Of a stretch of 57,899 nucleotides of DNA, positions 56,659-57,899 are shown piece after piece (within the stretch, counting starts at the first letter, position 1; the number at the start of each line of letters is the position of its first letter). Position numbers and translations under genes: made by a program. Origin of the DNA: Macrostomum lignano. Its lineage: Eukaryota. The stretch lies in the NCBI GenBank assembly GCA_002269645.1, contig NIVC01004149.1, positions 1 to 57,899 on the forward strand. Reading direction: 5' to 3'. The notes beneath the pieces are model-generated. The model made no database searches. It was given only the letters and a program-made list of their open reading frames with translations, and was not told where the DNA came from.

Positions 56659-57899
56659 TAATCTTACATTATGCAACCGAAGCAAGTTTTAGCCATAGAC
56701 AAAATTGTCCCCAGTCTGAATTGTCTGAATTGAATTTCTGCTAGTTTTTTTAGAACTGGACTTTGTTCAAAATTGAACGTGAAAAGGTGTAGTATTTTTC
56801 TTCTTCTATCTGCAGATAGTAAATAAATCTCTAATCTATGTTTGTTGGTTTGTATGTGACGCTCTAAAGATTGAACCAATTGATCAATTTTGATTTCGTT
56901 TTTTTCCAAAAGATTCAAAATTGTCTGGAAGGAAGACAGTTAAAATTTCATGAATTTGCTAATTAATTTCTGTCTATGTTTTGAAAGGAAGTCCAAACCA
57001 ATTTGAAGCTGTTCCGATCAGATTTCTCGCATCTTTTATTTCAGAAAAATATAGAAGAAATGGCTCACTTGCGCATAGAGTGGCGACTTTTCAATGTTGC
57101 TGAACATTAATAATCCTTTTACTAAAATCTAGAATTTTTGCTAATATGAAACGAAAGCATTTCGATCGACAGAGGACTGAATGCCTGAACCAAATTTGAT
57201 AGCTTTTACAGCAAAAAGTTTTAAGGATTTTTGATTAAACCTTTCTGCTTCAATTCAGTGTTTTAAAAATTTCACTGAGAATTCACTAAGAATTCTTTGT
57301 TTTAGAAAAACTCATGCATTGGGGAATTTCTATTTCCCAGTGGTCTGGCGCTCTCGTGTGGTCTCTCATGTGCCAGCGGCCCAGGCTCGATTCCAAGTGC
57401 AGTCACATTAATTTGGGGCTAAATTGGAATCAGTTTGGCTCTGCTCGAGCAATTAACGCCCTTGAGAGCCAACCCCGAGACACAGTGAAGTGTACATTCA
57501 GCAACATGTTAAAGTTTCCACCCCAAAACCAGTGGTCAACTTTCCTCAGATCTCAGCCCCAAGTAACGCAATTCACACCACGTCCGCGGGCTCGTATGGG
57601 CTGATTTCGTAATCAAGCTAATATGAATAAAAATTAATTGATATTAGTGTATTATCAACGATAATATTGAAAAATAAATTAATAAATTAATTCATTATTC
57701 AACTGATGAATAATACCACTGGATTTAGGGTGGAAACTTTAAACGTTGCTAACTGTACATGCTTAACGATAAATAAAGTTCCTGTGTGTGTGCCTGTGCG
57801 TATCACTGCGTGCGTATCCGCGCGCTTGTGCGCCTGCTCAGGGGTCAATGCCTTTCGCCGGTTGTGTGACATTCATTTCAGTCAGTCAGTCAGTCAGTA

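Larger units (their letters stand above)
53566..56791. mobile_element. Composite element bounded by ~84-bp inverted repeats (53566-53649 / 56708-56791), probably a non-autonomous Crypton-related element with a nested Tc1-like insertion
   Basis: TACACCTTTTCACGTTCAATTTTGAACAAAGTCCAGTTCTAAAAAAACTAGC... and its reverse complement. There is also an inner 25-bp IR (53670-53694 / 54599-54623). Confidence 0.55.

Overview
Repeat-dominated animal genomic DNA. The TTAGGG repeat plus a nicotinic-type Cys-loop receptor suggests a non-arthropod, non-nematode invertebrate (inference). Layout: (1) 1-16684 is a nearly perfect 22-bp satellite of about 760 copies. (2) 16685-17896 is a diverged subtelomere-like repeat with an interstitial (TTAGGG)n tract. 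(3) 17897-18979 holds a microhomology-deleted Polinton relic and an LTR/promoter-like segment. (4) 18980-44183 is a 25-kb compound Polinton/Maverick (adintovirus-like) locus: a 9.3-kb left part of one variant (A) is joined inside its polB gene to the terminus of a complete ~15.9-kb variant (B). Together they carry major and minor capsid, A32/FtsK packaging ATPase, adenain-like protease, protein-primed PolB, rve integrase, a parvovirus-type PLA2, an adenovirus pX-like core protein and several unknown genes. Most frameshifts lie at different positions in the two copies, many in homopolymers, and look like sequencing errors. (5) 44184-57899 contains a decayed P-element/THAP transposon, an intronless divergent nAChR-like channel gene, two Crypton-like tyrosine-recombinase fragments with nested inverted repeats and a hairpin, and a near-intact Tc1/IS630-like transposon with D-x33-E spacing. 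All family assignments come from motif recognition by eye; no searches were run.
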